A stretch of DNA of 64,000 bases from Steroidobacteraceae bacterium. Lineage in GTDB: Bacteria; Pseudomonadota; Gammaproteobacteria; Steroidobacterales; Steroidobacteraceae. The notes below the pieces were generated by a model. That model saw only the letters and a program-made list of their open reading frames with translations. It ran no database searches and was not told where the DNA came from. The position numbers were made by a program, and so were the translations under genes. The stretch is from the NCBI GenBank assembly GCA_035644395.1, contig DASQOR010000088.1, forward strand, positions 17,606 to 81,605, in the 5' to 3' direction. Each line of letters begins with the position of its first letter. The first letter of the stretch is position 1. Positions 1 to 11,036 of this stretch are shown here, one piece after another.

Positions 1-350
1 TTCTCGAGCTGCTTACAAGGATCGAGCACGGCCTTGTGCTCGGTGCGTGCGGTCACGAGGTGCTTGCCGCGCTCGCGCTGCGCGCGGGCGACGCCGAAGA
101 TCGCGAGATTGTCCGATTCCGTCGCGCCGGAGGTCCAGACGATAGCCGCGGGCTCCGCGCCGATGAGTTTCGCAACCTGGCCGCGCGCCTTTTCCACTCG
201 CGCGCGGGCGGCGTTGCCGGGCGCGTGACCGGTCGAGGATGGATTGGCGAAGCAGCCGTCCGCCGTCAGGCACTCGGCCATGGCGGCCGCCACGCGCGGA
301 TCGACCGGCGTGGTCGCCGCGTTGTCCATGTAGACGCAGGGCTGCTTCAC
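1..350 (-). CDS. iscS: Cysteine desulfurase IscS, N-terminal part (gene runs off left edge)
   Basis: Not in the ORF track (no stop in window). My translation of the minus strand from GTG at 350 gives [28 protein letters not shown]...[17 protein letters not shown]...[22 protein letters not shown]. This is collinear with the E. coli IscS N-terminus ([14 protein letters not shown]...[15 protein letters not shown]...[14 protein letters not shown]). The GTG overlaps the trmJ stop (GTGA). Confidence 0.85.
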   Translation of the reverse strand, partial: MKQPCVYMDNAATTPVDPRVAAAMAECLTADGCFANPSSTGHAPGNAARARVEKARGQVAKLIGAEPAAIVWTSGATESDNLAIFGVARAQRERGKHLVTARTEHKAVLDPCKQLE

Positions 351-1087
351 GACACCTTCCTGCCGGAACCCGCCGCGCGCCGCCGCCCCTGCACGGCTGT
401 GAGGATGCCGCGGAGGATGTTGAGTTCGTTCTGATCGAGCGCCGTGCGATTGAAGATTCTCCGGATCCGCGTCATCAGGTGACCGCGGCCGGTGCGATCG
501 TGGAAGTCCGCTTCATCCATGACTTCGGCGAGCTGCGCATAGAAGCGTTCGAGCTCCTCTGCGGTCACCGGCGGCGTTTCCTGCTGTGTGGTCGTGGCGG
601 GCGCGGTGCGTGCGAGGAGGATTTCGTAGCACACGATCTGCACGGCCATCGCGAGATTGAGCGATTCGTAGGCGGGATTCACCGGAATCTTCACGAGCGT
701 ACGGCAATGCTGAAGCGCGTCATTCTCGAGGCCGAAGCGCTCGGAGCCGAACAACACCGCCGCTTTCGCGCACCCCTCGCAGGCAACGATCTGCTGCGCA
801 AGGTCGCGCGGCGTCAGTACGGTCCAGTTGTGGATCCGGGGACGCGAGGTCGTGGCCGCGATGTACCTGCAGTCGGCGATGGCTTCGTCGATGCTGCCGA
901 CAACGCGCGCAGCATCGAGAACATCGGTCGCACCCGCGGCCCTGGCGCTCGCCTCCGGGTCCGGGAACTGTTTAGGCCGCACGAGCCAGAGCTCCTCGCA
1001 GCCCATGTTCTTCATGGCGCGCGCCACCGCCCCGATATTGCCGGGGTGGCTCGGTTCGACGAGAACGATGCGGACAGGGCAATTCAT
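347..1087 (-). CDS. trmJ: tRNA (cytidine/uridine-2'-O)-methyltransferase TrmJ (SpoU/TrmH family)
   Basis: 246-aa ORF. N-terminus [23 protein letters not shown] is typical of TrmJ. It lies divergent from suhB and upstream of iscS, as in the enterobacterial suhB/trmJ/isc locus. Confidence 0.85.
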   Translation of the reverse strand: MNCPVRIVLVEPSHPGNIGAVARAMKNMGCEELWLVRPKQFPDPEASARAAGATDVLDAARVVGSIDEAIADCRYIAATTSRPRIHNWTVLTPRDLAQQIVACEGCAKAAVLFGSERFGLENDALQHCRTLVKIPVNPAYESLNLAMAVQIVCYEILLARTAPATTTQQETPPVTAEELERFYAQLAEVMDEADFHDRTGRGHLMTRIRRIFNRTALDQNELNILRGILTAVQGRRRAAGSGRKVS

Positions 1088-1220
1088 GCGCTCAGTGAAG
1101 CCGATCGGCGCCGGCGGAGGAGTGTTCGACGGCGGCGGCGGTGCTTCTTTGTTATTCTAGCGCCCCGCCCGGGGAATCGCCCCGCCTTCGCACCCCCTTT
1201 TCGTGCAGCAAGCGTCATCC

Positions 1221-2021
1221 ATGCAGCCGATCCTGAACATTGCGGTCAAAGCGGCGCGTCGCGCCGGCGACCTGATCGTGAAAAGCCTGTCCCGCCTCGA
1301 CAGCCTGGACGTCTCGAGCAAGGGGCGGAACGACTTCGTCACGGACATCGACCGCGCGGCCGAGCAGGACATCATCACGACCATCCACCGGATGTATCCG
1401 GAACACGCCATCCTGGCGGAGGAAAGCGGCCGCAGCGGACGCGACGAGAACCTCTGGATCATCGACCCGCTCGACGGCACCACGAATTTCCTGCACGGCA
1501 ATCCCGTGTTCGCGGTGTCGATCGCGTTCGAACGTCGCGGGCGGCTCGAACACGCGGTCGTCTACGACCCGCTGCGCCAGGAGTTCTTCACCGCATCGCG
1601 CGGGGAAGGCGCCCAGCTCGAGGGCCGCAAGATCCGCGTGAGCAAGCAGAAGGAGCTGGAGGGCTCGCTCATCGGCACGGGCTTCCCCTACCGGGCGAAT
1701 GCCAAGTGGCTCGAGCCCTATATCGCGATGATGCGCGTCGTCATGACGACGGCCGCGGGCGTGCGCCGCCCGGGCTCGGCTTCACTCGACCTCGCCTACG
1801 TCGCGGCCGGGCGGCTCGACGGCTTCTGGGAGATCGGCCTTGCGCCGTGGGACACAGCCGCCGGCACGCTCATCATCACCGAGGCGGGCGGCCTCGTGAC
1901 GAATCTCGGCGGCAACGAGTACACGCAGGGCGGCAACATCATCTGCGGCAACCCGAAGGTGCATGCCGCACTGGTGGCGGCGCTCGCGCCGCACGTTCCC
2001 GAAGAACTGCGCAACAGCTGA
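1221..2021 (+). CDS. suhB: Inositol monophosphatase family protein SuhB
   Basis: ORF 1203..2021. Start moved to ATG 1221 (MQPILNIAVKAARRAG, compare E. coli MHPMLNIAVRAARKAG). Carries the IIDPLDGTTNF and WDTAAG motifs. Confidence 0.9.
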   Translation: MQPILNIAVKAARRAGDLIVKSLSRLDSLDVSSKGRNDFVTDIDRAAEQDIITTIHRMYPEHAILAEESGRSGRDENLWIIDPLDGTTNFLHGNPVFAVSIAFERRGRLEHAVVYDPLRQEFFTASRGEGAQLEGRKIRVSKQKELEGSLIGTGFPYRANAKWLEPYIAMMRVVMTTAAGVRRPGSASLDLAYVAAGRLDGFWEIGLAPWDTAAGTLIITEAGGLVTNLGGNEYTQGGNIICGNPKVHAALVAALAPHVPEELRNS

Positions 2022-2024
2022 AAC

Positions 2025-2079
2025 GAAAGGGGGACATTCCTGACTTCGCAGACCGCGAAATCAGGAATGTCCCCTTTTC
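2025..2079. repeat. Type A GGGGACA hairpin repeat, copy 1; probable bidirectional terminator between suhB and the permease
   Basis: GAAAGGGGGACATTCCTGACTTCG-cagaccg-CGAAATCAGGAATGTCCCCTTTTC. The arms are 19 bp with one C.A mismatch, with an A-rich 5' flank and a T-rich 3' flank. Second copy at 19878-19963. Confidence 0.75.
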
Positions 2080-2083
2080 CCTG

Positions 2084-3643
2084 TCAATTCGCTCGTTGCT
2101 TCGAGTGCCGGTAGCCGTAGCCGAAATACACCAGCGTTCCGAGCGCGAAGTATCCGACGAGGATCCAGAGCGCGATCGGATCCTTGTTGACCTCACCCGG
2201 GGCACCGATGAGGTGACCCATGATGTCGTAGTTGAGCGCCTTCGACAGGATGTCCGTCAGGATCGGTCCCATCATCAGGAGCAGGCACGAGATGATGCCG
2301 AGGATTGGCGTCACCGGGTACCACGGGACCTCGAAGGGACGCTTCATGTTCGGGTGGCGATGGCGCAGGTACAGCACGCTCATGCACACGATCGAAAATG
2401 CGACGGCCGTACCGAGGCTCACGAGGTCATTGAGGACGTCGAGCGGCAACGTGGCGGCGGCGAAGGCGATCACGACGCCGAGCAGGATCGTGCCGGCCGC
2501 GGGCGTCTTGAACCGCTGGTTCACCTTCGAGAACACATCCGGCAGCAGGCCGTCCTTCGCCATCTGGTAGAAGACGCGCGTCTGCGCGTACATCAGCACC
2601 AGCATCACCGACGAGAGCCCGGTGAACGCCCCGATCTTGATCAGGAACGCGAGCAGGTTCAGCTGTCCATTGTCGGTGAGTCCCCAGTGGATGACGGCCC
2701 ATTGCGGATTCATCCGGTCGATCGCGATCGCGATCGGCGCGCCGCCCGCGAGTTCCTTGTACGGAACGACGCCGGTCATCACGGCCGCTACCGCCATGTA
2801 GAGCACGGTGCAGATGATGAGCGACCCGAGGATGCCGATCGGCAGGTCCTTCTGCGGATTCTTCGCTTCGCTGGCAGCGGTCGACACCGCTTCGAAGCCG
2901 ACGTATGCGAAGAAGATGATCGAGGCTGCGCGCAGCACACCCTGGAAGCCGTACTTGAATCCGCCCTCGTTCGCCGGGATGAAGGGGTGCCAGTTGTCCG
3001 AGCTCACATAGAAGACGCCGACCGCGATGAACGCGAGCAGCACCGAGAGCTTGATGGCGACGATGACGTTGTTCACCGTCGCCGATTCCTTCACGCCGAT
3101 GACGAGGAGCGAGGTCACGGCCAGGATGCCGATGGCGCCGATGAGATTGAAGCCGTGGCCGGTCTGCAGCACGCCGTCCTGCAACCTCAGCGTTGACTGC
3201 GTGACGCTGGTGTTGAAGTGCACACCAAAGTCCGAGAGCAGCGAAATCACGTAGCCGGTCCAGCCGGACGCCACGGTCGACGCCGCGACGCCGTATTCGA
3301 GGAGCAGCAGCCAGCCCATGATCCAGGCGAAGACCTCGCCCATGGTGACGTAGGAGTACGAGTACGCCGAGCCGCAGACCGGCATCGTCGAGGCGAGCTC
3401 CGCGTAGCACAGGGCCGCGAAAACGCAGCAGGCGCCGGCGATAACGAAGGAGAGCATCACGCCCGGGCCCGCGAAGTTCGCGGCGGCGTTGCCCGTCAGG
3501 ACGAAGATGCCGGCGCCGATGATGGCGCCGATGCCAAGGCTCGTGAGATTGGTCGCGGTCAGCGTGCGTTTCAGCTCCCCGGAGCTGAATTCCGCCTGGA
3601 TTTGTTCTACGGATTTTTTTGCGAACAGCTGGCCATTGGCCAT
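2084..3643 (-). CDS. Amino acid permease (APC superfamily, cationic amino acid transporter-like)
   Basis: 519 aa, strongly hydrophobic with multiple TM segments. N-terminal LTATNLTSLGIGAIIGAGIFVLTG is typical of the APC family. Confidence 0.85.
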   Translation of the reverse strand: MANGQLFAKKSVEQIQAEFSSGELKRTLTATNLTSLGIGAIIGAGIFVLTGNAAANFAGPGVMLSFVIAGACCVFAALCYAELASTMPVCGSAYSYSYVTMGEVFAWIMGWLLLLEYGVAASTVASGWTGYVISLLSDFGVHFNTSVTQSTLRLQDGVLQTGHGFNLIGAIGILAVTSLLVIGVKESATVNNVIVAIKLSVLLAFIAVGVFYVSSDNWHPFIPANEGGFKYGFQGVLRAASIIFFAYVGFEAVSTAASEAKNPQKDLPIGILGSLIICTVLYMAVAAVMTGVVPYKELAGGAPIAIAIDRMNPQWAVIHWGLTDNGQLNLLAFLIKIGAFTGLSSVMLVLMYAQTRVFYQMAKDGLLPDVFSKVNQRFKTPAAGTILLGVVIAFAAATLPLDVLNDLVSLGTAVAFSIVCMSVLYLRHRHPNMKRPFEVPWYPVTPILGIISCLLLMMGPILTDILSKALNYDIMGHLIGAPGEVNKDPIALWILVGYFALGTLVYFGYGYRHSKQRAN

Positions 3644-3726
3644 GAGTCTCCCCCTTCACCCCGGGCGCGCGTGAGCGCGGAAGGCGCTGAGACTAGGCGC
3701 AAGGCCCGCCGGAGGCAAGCCGCCCG

Positions 3727-4473
3727 TCAGTCCTTTTCCTCGGAATCCTCGCGCCGGCTGGCGCGTCCGTTCAACAGGCGGCGCAGCTTTATGTTCAGCA
3801 TTTCGACGACCACGGAGAAGGCCATCGCGAAATAGAGGTAGCCGCGCTCGATGTGATAGTCCGCTCCCTCGGCCATGAGGAGCACCCCGACGAGGATCAG
3901 GAAGGCGAGCGCGATGATCTTGATGGTCGGATATTTTTCGATGAAATCGTTGAGCGGTCCCGCGAGCCACATCATCACGATGACCGACGCGACGATGGCG
4001 GCGACCATGATCGGCAGCTGGTTCGAGAGCCCGACGGCCGTGAACACCGAATCGAGCGAGAACACGATGTCGATGAGCGCGATCTGCACGATCACGGCAA
4101 CAAAGCCGCTATGGAGGGACGACGGCTGCTTGTGCCCGGAGCCCTCGAAGGTCGCGTGGATCTCGCTCACGGCCTTGGCGAGCAGGAACAGCCCGCCCGC
4201 GAACAGCACGAGGTCGCGTGCCGATATCTGCCGGTCGAACGTCTCGAAGAGCGGCGTCGTGAGCCGCGTGAGCCAGGTGATCGAAAAGAGCAGCGCGATG
4301 CGGGTCAGCATCGCGAGCGCGAGGCCGAAGCGGCGCGCATTCGGCTGCCGGTCCTTCGGCAGGCGGCTCACCAGCACCGACAGCACGATGATGTTGTCGA
4401 CGCCGAGCACGATCTCGAGCGCCGCCAGCGTGAAGAAGGCGATCCAGGCGTGGACGTCGAACAGCAGTTCCAT
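3727..4473 (-). CDS. TerC family integral membrane protein
   Basis: 248 aa, multi-TM. Contains the LEIVLGVDNIIVLSV and IDIVFSLDSVFTAVG repeats diagnostic of the TerC family. Confidence 0.8.
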   Translation of the reverse strand: MELLFDVHAWIAFFTLAALEIVLGVDNIIVLSVLVSRLPKDRQPNARRFGLALAMLTRIALLFSITWLTRLTTPLFETFDRQISARDLVLFAGGLFLLAKAVSEIHATFEGSGHKQPSSLHSGFVAVIVQIALIDIVFSLDSVFTAVGLSNQLPIMVAAIVASVIVMMWLAGPLNDFIEKYPTIKIIALAFLILVGVLLMAEGADYHIERGYLYFAMAFSVVVEMLNIKLRRLLNGRASRREDSEEKD

Positions 4474-4506
4474 GGCGGTCAGCGACCTCGCCCGCGGCCC
4501 GCCATC

Positions 4507-5448
4507 TCAGGGCATCTTGTCGAGTTCGTCGGCGGACTTGCGCTGCGGGAAGAGATCATTGCCGGTCAAGCCCATGTCGAGCGCCAGCGAGCTGGCAACG
4601 TAGATCGAAGAGTAGGTGACGACCACGATGCCGACGAGCAGCGCCACGGAGAAACCGCGCAGGGCCTCGCCGCCGAACAGCAGCAGCATCAGCACGACGA
4701 CGAAGGTCGCGCCGCTCGTGATCACGGTTCGCGACAGCGTCTGGTTGATCGCCGCGTCGATGAGGTCCGCGGACGCGGCGCGCCGCGAGCGTTCGAAGTT
4801 CTCGCGGATCCGGTCGAACACGACGACGGTGTCGTTCAGCGAGTGGCCGATGACGGCGAGCACCGCGGCGAGCGCGGGCAGGTCGAAGGTGAGCCCGGTG
4901 ACGGAGAAGAAGCCGATCACCACGATGGGGTTATGCATCGAGGCGACGACGGCGCCCGTGCCGAGCCGCCAGGTGTGAAAGCGGATCGATACGTAGAGGC
5001 CGATCAGCAGGAACGTGAATACGAGGGCGAGCGCACCGTTCTCCGCAAGTTCGCGGCCGACCTGCGACCCGACCGAATCCGCCCGGTGCATCCGGACCTT
5101 CGGATCGATCGCGGCGAGCGCCGTTTCGATGCGCTTGCCGACCTCCGTGCCCTTGACGGTCTCGCCCTGTGGCGGCAGGCGCACCAGAACGTCGCGCACC
5201 GAGTCGACCAGCTGGACCTGCGGTTCCTTGAATCCGCTCGCAACGAGGGTCGACTGGATCTGCTCGACGTTGGCCGGCGCGCTGAAGCTGAGCTCGACCT
5301 CGACGCCGCCGGTGAAGTCGATGGAAAGGTGCAGCCCGTGCACGATGAGGGATACGACCGTCGCGAGCACCATGAGGAGCGACAGCCCGTACCAGCGCCG
5401 CCTGAGGCGCATGAAGTGGAGCGTCGGGACCTTCTTGAAAAATTCCAT
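4507..5448 (-). CDS. secF: Protein translocase subunit SecF
   Basis: 313 aa. Typical SecF N-terminus (FMRLRRRWYGLSLLMV) and C-terminal TM bundle. Lies immediately downstream of secD. Confidence 0.95.
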   Translation of the reverse strand: MEFFKKVPTLHFMRLRRRWYGLSLLMVLATVVSLIVHGLHLSIDFTGGVEVELSFSAPANVEQIQSTLVASGFKEPQVQLVDSVRDVLVRLPPQGETVKGTEVGKRIETALAAIDPKVRMHRADSVGSQVGRELAENGALALVFTFLLIGLYVSIRFHTWRLGTGAVVASMHNPIVVIGFFSVTGLTFDLPALAAVLAVIGHSLNDTVVVFDRIRENFERSRRAASADLIDAAINQTLSRTVITSGATFVVVLMLLLFGGEALRGFSVALLVGIVVVTYSSIYVASSLALDMGLTGNDLFPQRKSADELDKMP

Positions 5449-5458
5449 GGATGCCCCG

Positions 5459-7333
5459 TCAGATCGACAGCCGGCCGATTTCGCGGCGCCGGGTATAGAT
5501 GAGATGCACGACGACGCGGCTGCCGACCACCGCGGTGAAGAGCGAGGTCAGGATGCCGAGCGTCAGCACGACGGCAAAGCCGCGCACGGGGCCGCTGCCG
5601 AAGGCCCAGAGCACGACGCCCGCGATCAGGGTCGTGACGTTCGAATCCGCGATCGCGGTAAAGGCACGGTCGAAGCCCTTGTCGATCGCCGCGCGCGGCG
5701 TGACCCCGGCGCGCAGTTCCTCGCGGATCCGTTCGTAGATCAGGATGTTCGCGTCGACCGCCATGCCGACGGTGAGCACGATGCCGCCGATGCCGGGCAG
5801 GGTCAGCACCGCGTTCATGAGCGAAAGCAGCGCCGTCAGCAGTACGACGTTCGAGAACAGCACCAGGTTCGCGACCCAGCCGAACACCCGGTAGTAGATC
5901 GCCATGAACGTGAAGATCGTCAGCATGCCGTAGATCATCGCGTCGACGCCGCGCTCGATGTTCTTCTCGCCGAGCGTCGGGCCGATGGTGCGCTCTTCGA
6001 CGAGGTACAGCGGCGCGGCCAGCGCGCCGGCGCGCAACAGCCTTGCAAGTTCAGGACCCTCGTTCGCCGAGAGCCCGGTGATCTGGAACTGGTTCGAGAA
6101 CAGGCCCTGGATGGTCGCGGCGTTGATCACGTCTTCCTTGGTCCGGTCGACGAAGATCTGCTTGCCCTCGACGGTCTTTTCCTCGCGCAGCTTCTCGATG
6201 AACACGACCCCCATGCGGTGGCCGATATTGGTGCGCGTCGTTTCGCCCATGCGCCGGCCGCCGCGGCTGTCGAGCTTCACGCTCACCGCCGGGCCTTCCT
6301 GCTGCAGGACGTACTGCGCGTCGACCAGCTGATCGCCGGTCGCAATGACCTCGCGCTTGAGGAGAATCGGCCCGCCGCTCTCGCGCAGGACATAGAGCTT
6401 GGAGCCGACCGGCGCGACGCCGGTGCGGCGCGCATCCTCGGGATTGTTGACCTCGTCGACGAGCCGGAACTCGAGTGTCGCGGTGCTGCCGAGCAGCAGC
6501 TTCGCGTCGGTCGGATCGTCAACGCCCGGCAGCTGCACGACGATCCGGTCGCGTCCCTGGCGCTGGATCACGGGCTCGGAAACGCCCAGCTCGTTGATGC
6601 GATTGCGCAGGGTCGTCAGGTTCTGGTCGATGGCGTAATCCGCGCGCTCGCGTGCCATTTCCTCGGTGACGCGCGCGAGGATCGTCGGCGCCGCGGGGTT
6701 CGCATCCACCGTGATCGCGAGCTTGACGTTCGCCTTCTCGACGATTTTGCGCGCGGCAGCGAGGTTGGCAGCGTCGCGGAGCGTGATCTTGAGCGATTCG
6801 CCCTGCGCCTGGGCGTCGCGGATGAGGACGATGTCGACGAACTGGATCTTCTCCTCGCGCAGGCTCCGCCGCAGTTCCTGCTCGATGGCCGCTTCCAGCT
6901 GCTTGACGGCGCCCTGGATGTCGACCTGGTAGACGAGGTACGAGCCGCCGCGAAGATCGAGACCGAGCTTCATGGGCTTCAGGCCCATCGCCTGCATCCA
7001 CCGCGGCGTGCGCGGCGCGCTCGTCAGGCCGTAGTTGTAAAGCGCGGAGAGTTCCTTGATGACATCGCGCGCCTTCAGCTGCTCGTCGTTCGAGGGAAAG
7101 CGGACGACCGCCTCGCCGTTCACGATCTCGGTGCGCAGGAACCTGACGCCTTTCGCGGTGAGCACGCCTTCGATCGACTTGACGCACTCGGCCGTGCACG
7201 CGGGCTTGTCGCGCCCGACGAGCGCGATCTGCAGCGCCTTGTCCTCGCCGAAGACGTTCGGCAGCGCGAACAGCAGGCCGAGCAGCGTCAGTCCACCGAC
7301 AAGCCAGTACCTCCACCGGGGGAAATCGGTCAT
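5459..7333 (-). CDS. secD: Protein translocase subunit SecD
   Basis: 624 aa. Contains LGLDLRGGSYLVYQVD and the C-terminal SecD/F TM domain. Sits in the yajC-secD-secF order. Confidence 0.95.
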   Translation of the reverse strand: MTDFPRWRYWLVGGLTLLGLLFALPNVFGEDKALQIALVGRDKPACTAECVKSIEGVLTAKGVRFLRTEIVNGEAVVRFPSNDEQLKARDVIKELSALYNYGLTSAPRTPRWMQAMGLKPMKLGLDLRGGSYLVYQVDIQGAVKQLEAAIEQELRRSLREEKIQFVDIVLIRDAQAQGESLKITLRDAANLAAARKIVEKANVKLAITVDANPAAPTILARVTEEMARERADYAIDQNLTTLRNRINELGVSEPVIQRQGRDRIVVQLPGVDDPTDAKLLLGSTATLEFRLVDEVNNPEDARRTGVAPVGSKLYVLRESGGPILLKREVIATGDQLVDAQYVLQQEGPAVSVKLDSRGGRRMGETTRTNIGHRMGVVFIEKLREEKTVEGKQIFVDRTKEDVINAATIQGLFSNQFQITGLSANEGPELARLLRAGALAAPLYLVEERTIGPTLGEKNIERGVDAMIYGMLTIFTFMAIYYRVFGWVANLVLFSNVVLLTALLSLMNAVLTLPGIGGIVLTVGMAVDANILIYERIREELRAGVTPRAAIDKGFDRAFTAIADSNVTTLIAGVVLWAFGSGPVRGFAVVLTLGILTSLFTAVVGSRVVVHLIYTRRREIGRLSI

Positions 7334-7367
7334 CCGCTTACGTCTCTCTTAAAACCTTGATGTGGCG

Positions 7368-7700
7368 TCAGGCACTCTTGATCGTGCCGCTCGGCATCAG
7401 GCCCGAGACCTGCGACCTCTGTACCTTGATGACGACGCCGCTCGCGATTTCGATCGAGACGAAATTCTCGTTGACCTCGGTGACCTTGCCGAGGATGCCG
7501 CCGGTCGTGACGACTTCGTTGCCGACCGCGAGCGCGGCCAGCATGGCCTTGTGTTCCTTGGCGCGCTTGTTCTGGGGGCGGATGAGCAGGAAATAGAACA
7601 CCACGAAAAAGAGACCCATGAAGACGATCATTTGCAGACCGCCACCCGATGAGCCGCCGCCCGCGGCCTGCGCGTTCGCAGTTTCGATAAAGAAATCCAT
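7368..7700 (-). CDS. yajC: Preprotein translocase subunit YajC
   Basis: 110 aa. FLLIRPQNKRAKEHKAML...GDEVVTTGGILGKV-type sequence, located between tgt and secD. Confidence 0.9.
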   Translation of the reverse strand: MDFFIETANAQAAGGGSSGGGLQMIVFMGLFFVVFYFLLIRPQNKRAKEHKAMLAALAVGNEVVTTGGILGKVTEVNENFVSIEIASGVVIKVQRSQVSGLMPSGTIKSA

Positions 7701-7762
7701 TGCTTCAGACCCTTCTGTTCAAGTGCTTCGGATCAGGGGGGACCCCTAAAAATGGCGGCGCA

Positions 7763-9918
<2,156 letters not shown>

Positions 9919-9953
9919 GGCCGGCGCAAGTCTACCTCCGAACTACGGGCGGG

Positions 9954-11018
9954 CTATTGGCGTTCGCCCGGACGCGGCGCCGGTGCAGCCGCCGGTGCTG
10001 GCGGAGCTGCAGGCGCCGCTGCGGCCGCGGGTGCCGCCGGTGCCGCCGGTGCCGCCTCGATCGGTGCGCCGATGAAATACCTGCGCGTTCCCATCGCCGG
10101 GCGCTCCGGCATCGTGACTTCGAGCGTCTGGGATTTGCGCGAACGCAGGATGGCGACCTTCACCTTCTCGCCCGGTTGATACGACCGCAGGATGCGCAGC
10201 GCGTGCGCGCCCGACTGCGGCTGGCGGCCGTCGATCGCCGTGATGACATCGCCCTCTTCCAGCTTCAGGCCCGCCGTCGGCGCGCGCACGACGAGCGCGC
10301 CCTTGTCCGCGCCGAAGTACGAGCCGAGCTTCGGCGTGAGCGTCACGAGTTCCATGTCGCCGAAGCCCGGATCGAACATGACATCGAAGGTGGGCGGGAC
10401 CGGAGCCACGGGAGGCACGGGCGGGACCGGCGGAACGGGAAACACCGCGCCGTTGCCGATGAACATGCGGTTGTCCGTGGCCCGCGTCGTGACGTCCGCG
10501 GTCACGGGCTTGCCGTCGCGCAGGTACTGCACTTTCACCTTGTCGCCCGGCTTGACTTCGCGCAGGCGGTGCAACAGCTCCGCATTTGGATTGCCGTCAG
10601 CGCCGGTGAGCAGCTTCTTGCCGTCGAGCGCGATGATCACATCGCCCGACCGGATGCCCGATTTATCTGCGGGGCCGCCGGGCGTCACGCCGGTGATGTA
10701 CACGCCGTCGACCCGCACGTCGCCGCGCGAACCGATGTTGACGCCGAGGATCGCGCGCCGGCCCGGGAACATCTCCGTGAACATCGCGTCGTGCATGGCC
10801 GAGCCCGACAGCTCCTGCGACAGCTCCGCCACTTCCTGCGCCGCACTTTCGAGCCGCTCGCGCGCAGCCTCGAGCTTGTGCTCGAGCTCCTGGTTCTTCA
10901 CGTCGCCCTCATCCGTCGCGAGCGCCGTGCCGGCGAAGCCGGTCGTCGCCATGAGCGCGGCGAGCACGATGCGCGCCGCACGGGTCTTTCGATGACTGAC
11001 AATCTTCATGGCTTGCAC
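9954..11018 (-). CDS. Secreted double-PDZ protein with N-terminal coiled coil and Pro/Ala-rich linker and tail; no protease domain
   Basis: 354 aa. Signal peptide (start may be MKIV at 11009), then a coiled coil (ELEHKLEAARERLESAAQEVAELSQEL). Two PDZ-like segments (GVYITGVTPGGPADKSGIRSGDVIIALDG and GLKLEEGDVITAIDG). PVPPVPPVPPVAPVPP linker and an (AAP)n tail. It is the third gene of the ECF sigma operon. Confidence 0.7.
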   Translation of the reverse strand: MQAMKIVSHRKTRAARIVLAALMATTGFAGTALATDEGDVKNQELEHKLEAARERLESAAQEVAELSQELSGSAMHDAMFTEMFPGRRAILGVNIGSRGDVRVDGVYITGVTPGGPADKSGIRSGDVIIALDGKKLLTGADGNPNAELLHRLREVKPGDKVKVQYLRDGKPVTADVTTRATDNRMFIGNGAVFPVPPVPPVPPVAPVPPTFDVMFDPGFGDMELVTLTPKLGSYFGADKGALVVRAPTAGLKLEEGDVITAIDGRQPQSGAHALRILRSYQPGEKVKVAILRSRKSQTLEVTMPERPAMGTRRYFIGAPIEAAPAAPAAPAAAAAPAAPPAPAAAPAPRPGERQ

Positions 11019-11036
11019 ACCTCGCTTGCGCCAATG

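Noticed and set aside
13-434. ORF-track ORFs 13..273 (-), 34..228 (+) and 36..434 (+) at the left edge.
   Set aside because: The minus-strand frame that is open to the window edge encodes a clear IscS N-terminus. The listed ORFs are alternative-frame artefacts.
239-3196. Very long ORFs antisense to or overlapping real genes. Examples: 239..3196 (+), 3853..5502 (+), 5015..7360 (+), 9957..12146 (+), 17070..19307 (+), 20689..22134 (-), 27485..29563 (+), 31729..34056 (-), 34004..36940 (-), 38570..40681 (-), 42372..44759 (+), 52100..53983 (-), plus many shorter ones.
   Set aside because: They are Arg/Asp/His/Gly-rich low-complexity translations with no recognisable motifs. Each lies opposite a gene with clear family signatures. 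This is typical shadow-ORF behaviour in GC-rich DNA, where stop codons are rare in alternative frames.
4474-4506. yybP-ykoY (Mn2+) riboswitch, which frequently precedes TerC-family genes.
   Set aside because: The spacer upstream of the terC-like gene is only 33 nt, too short for the approximately 100-nt motif, and no conserved elements were seen.
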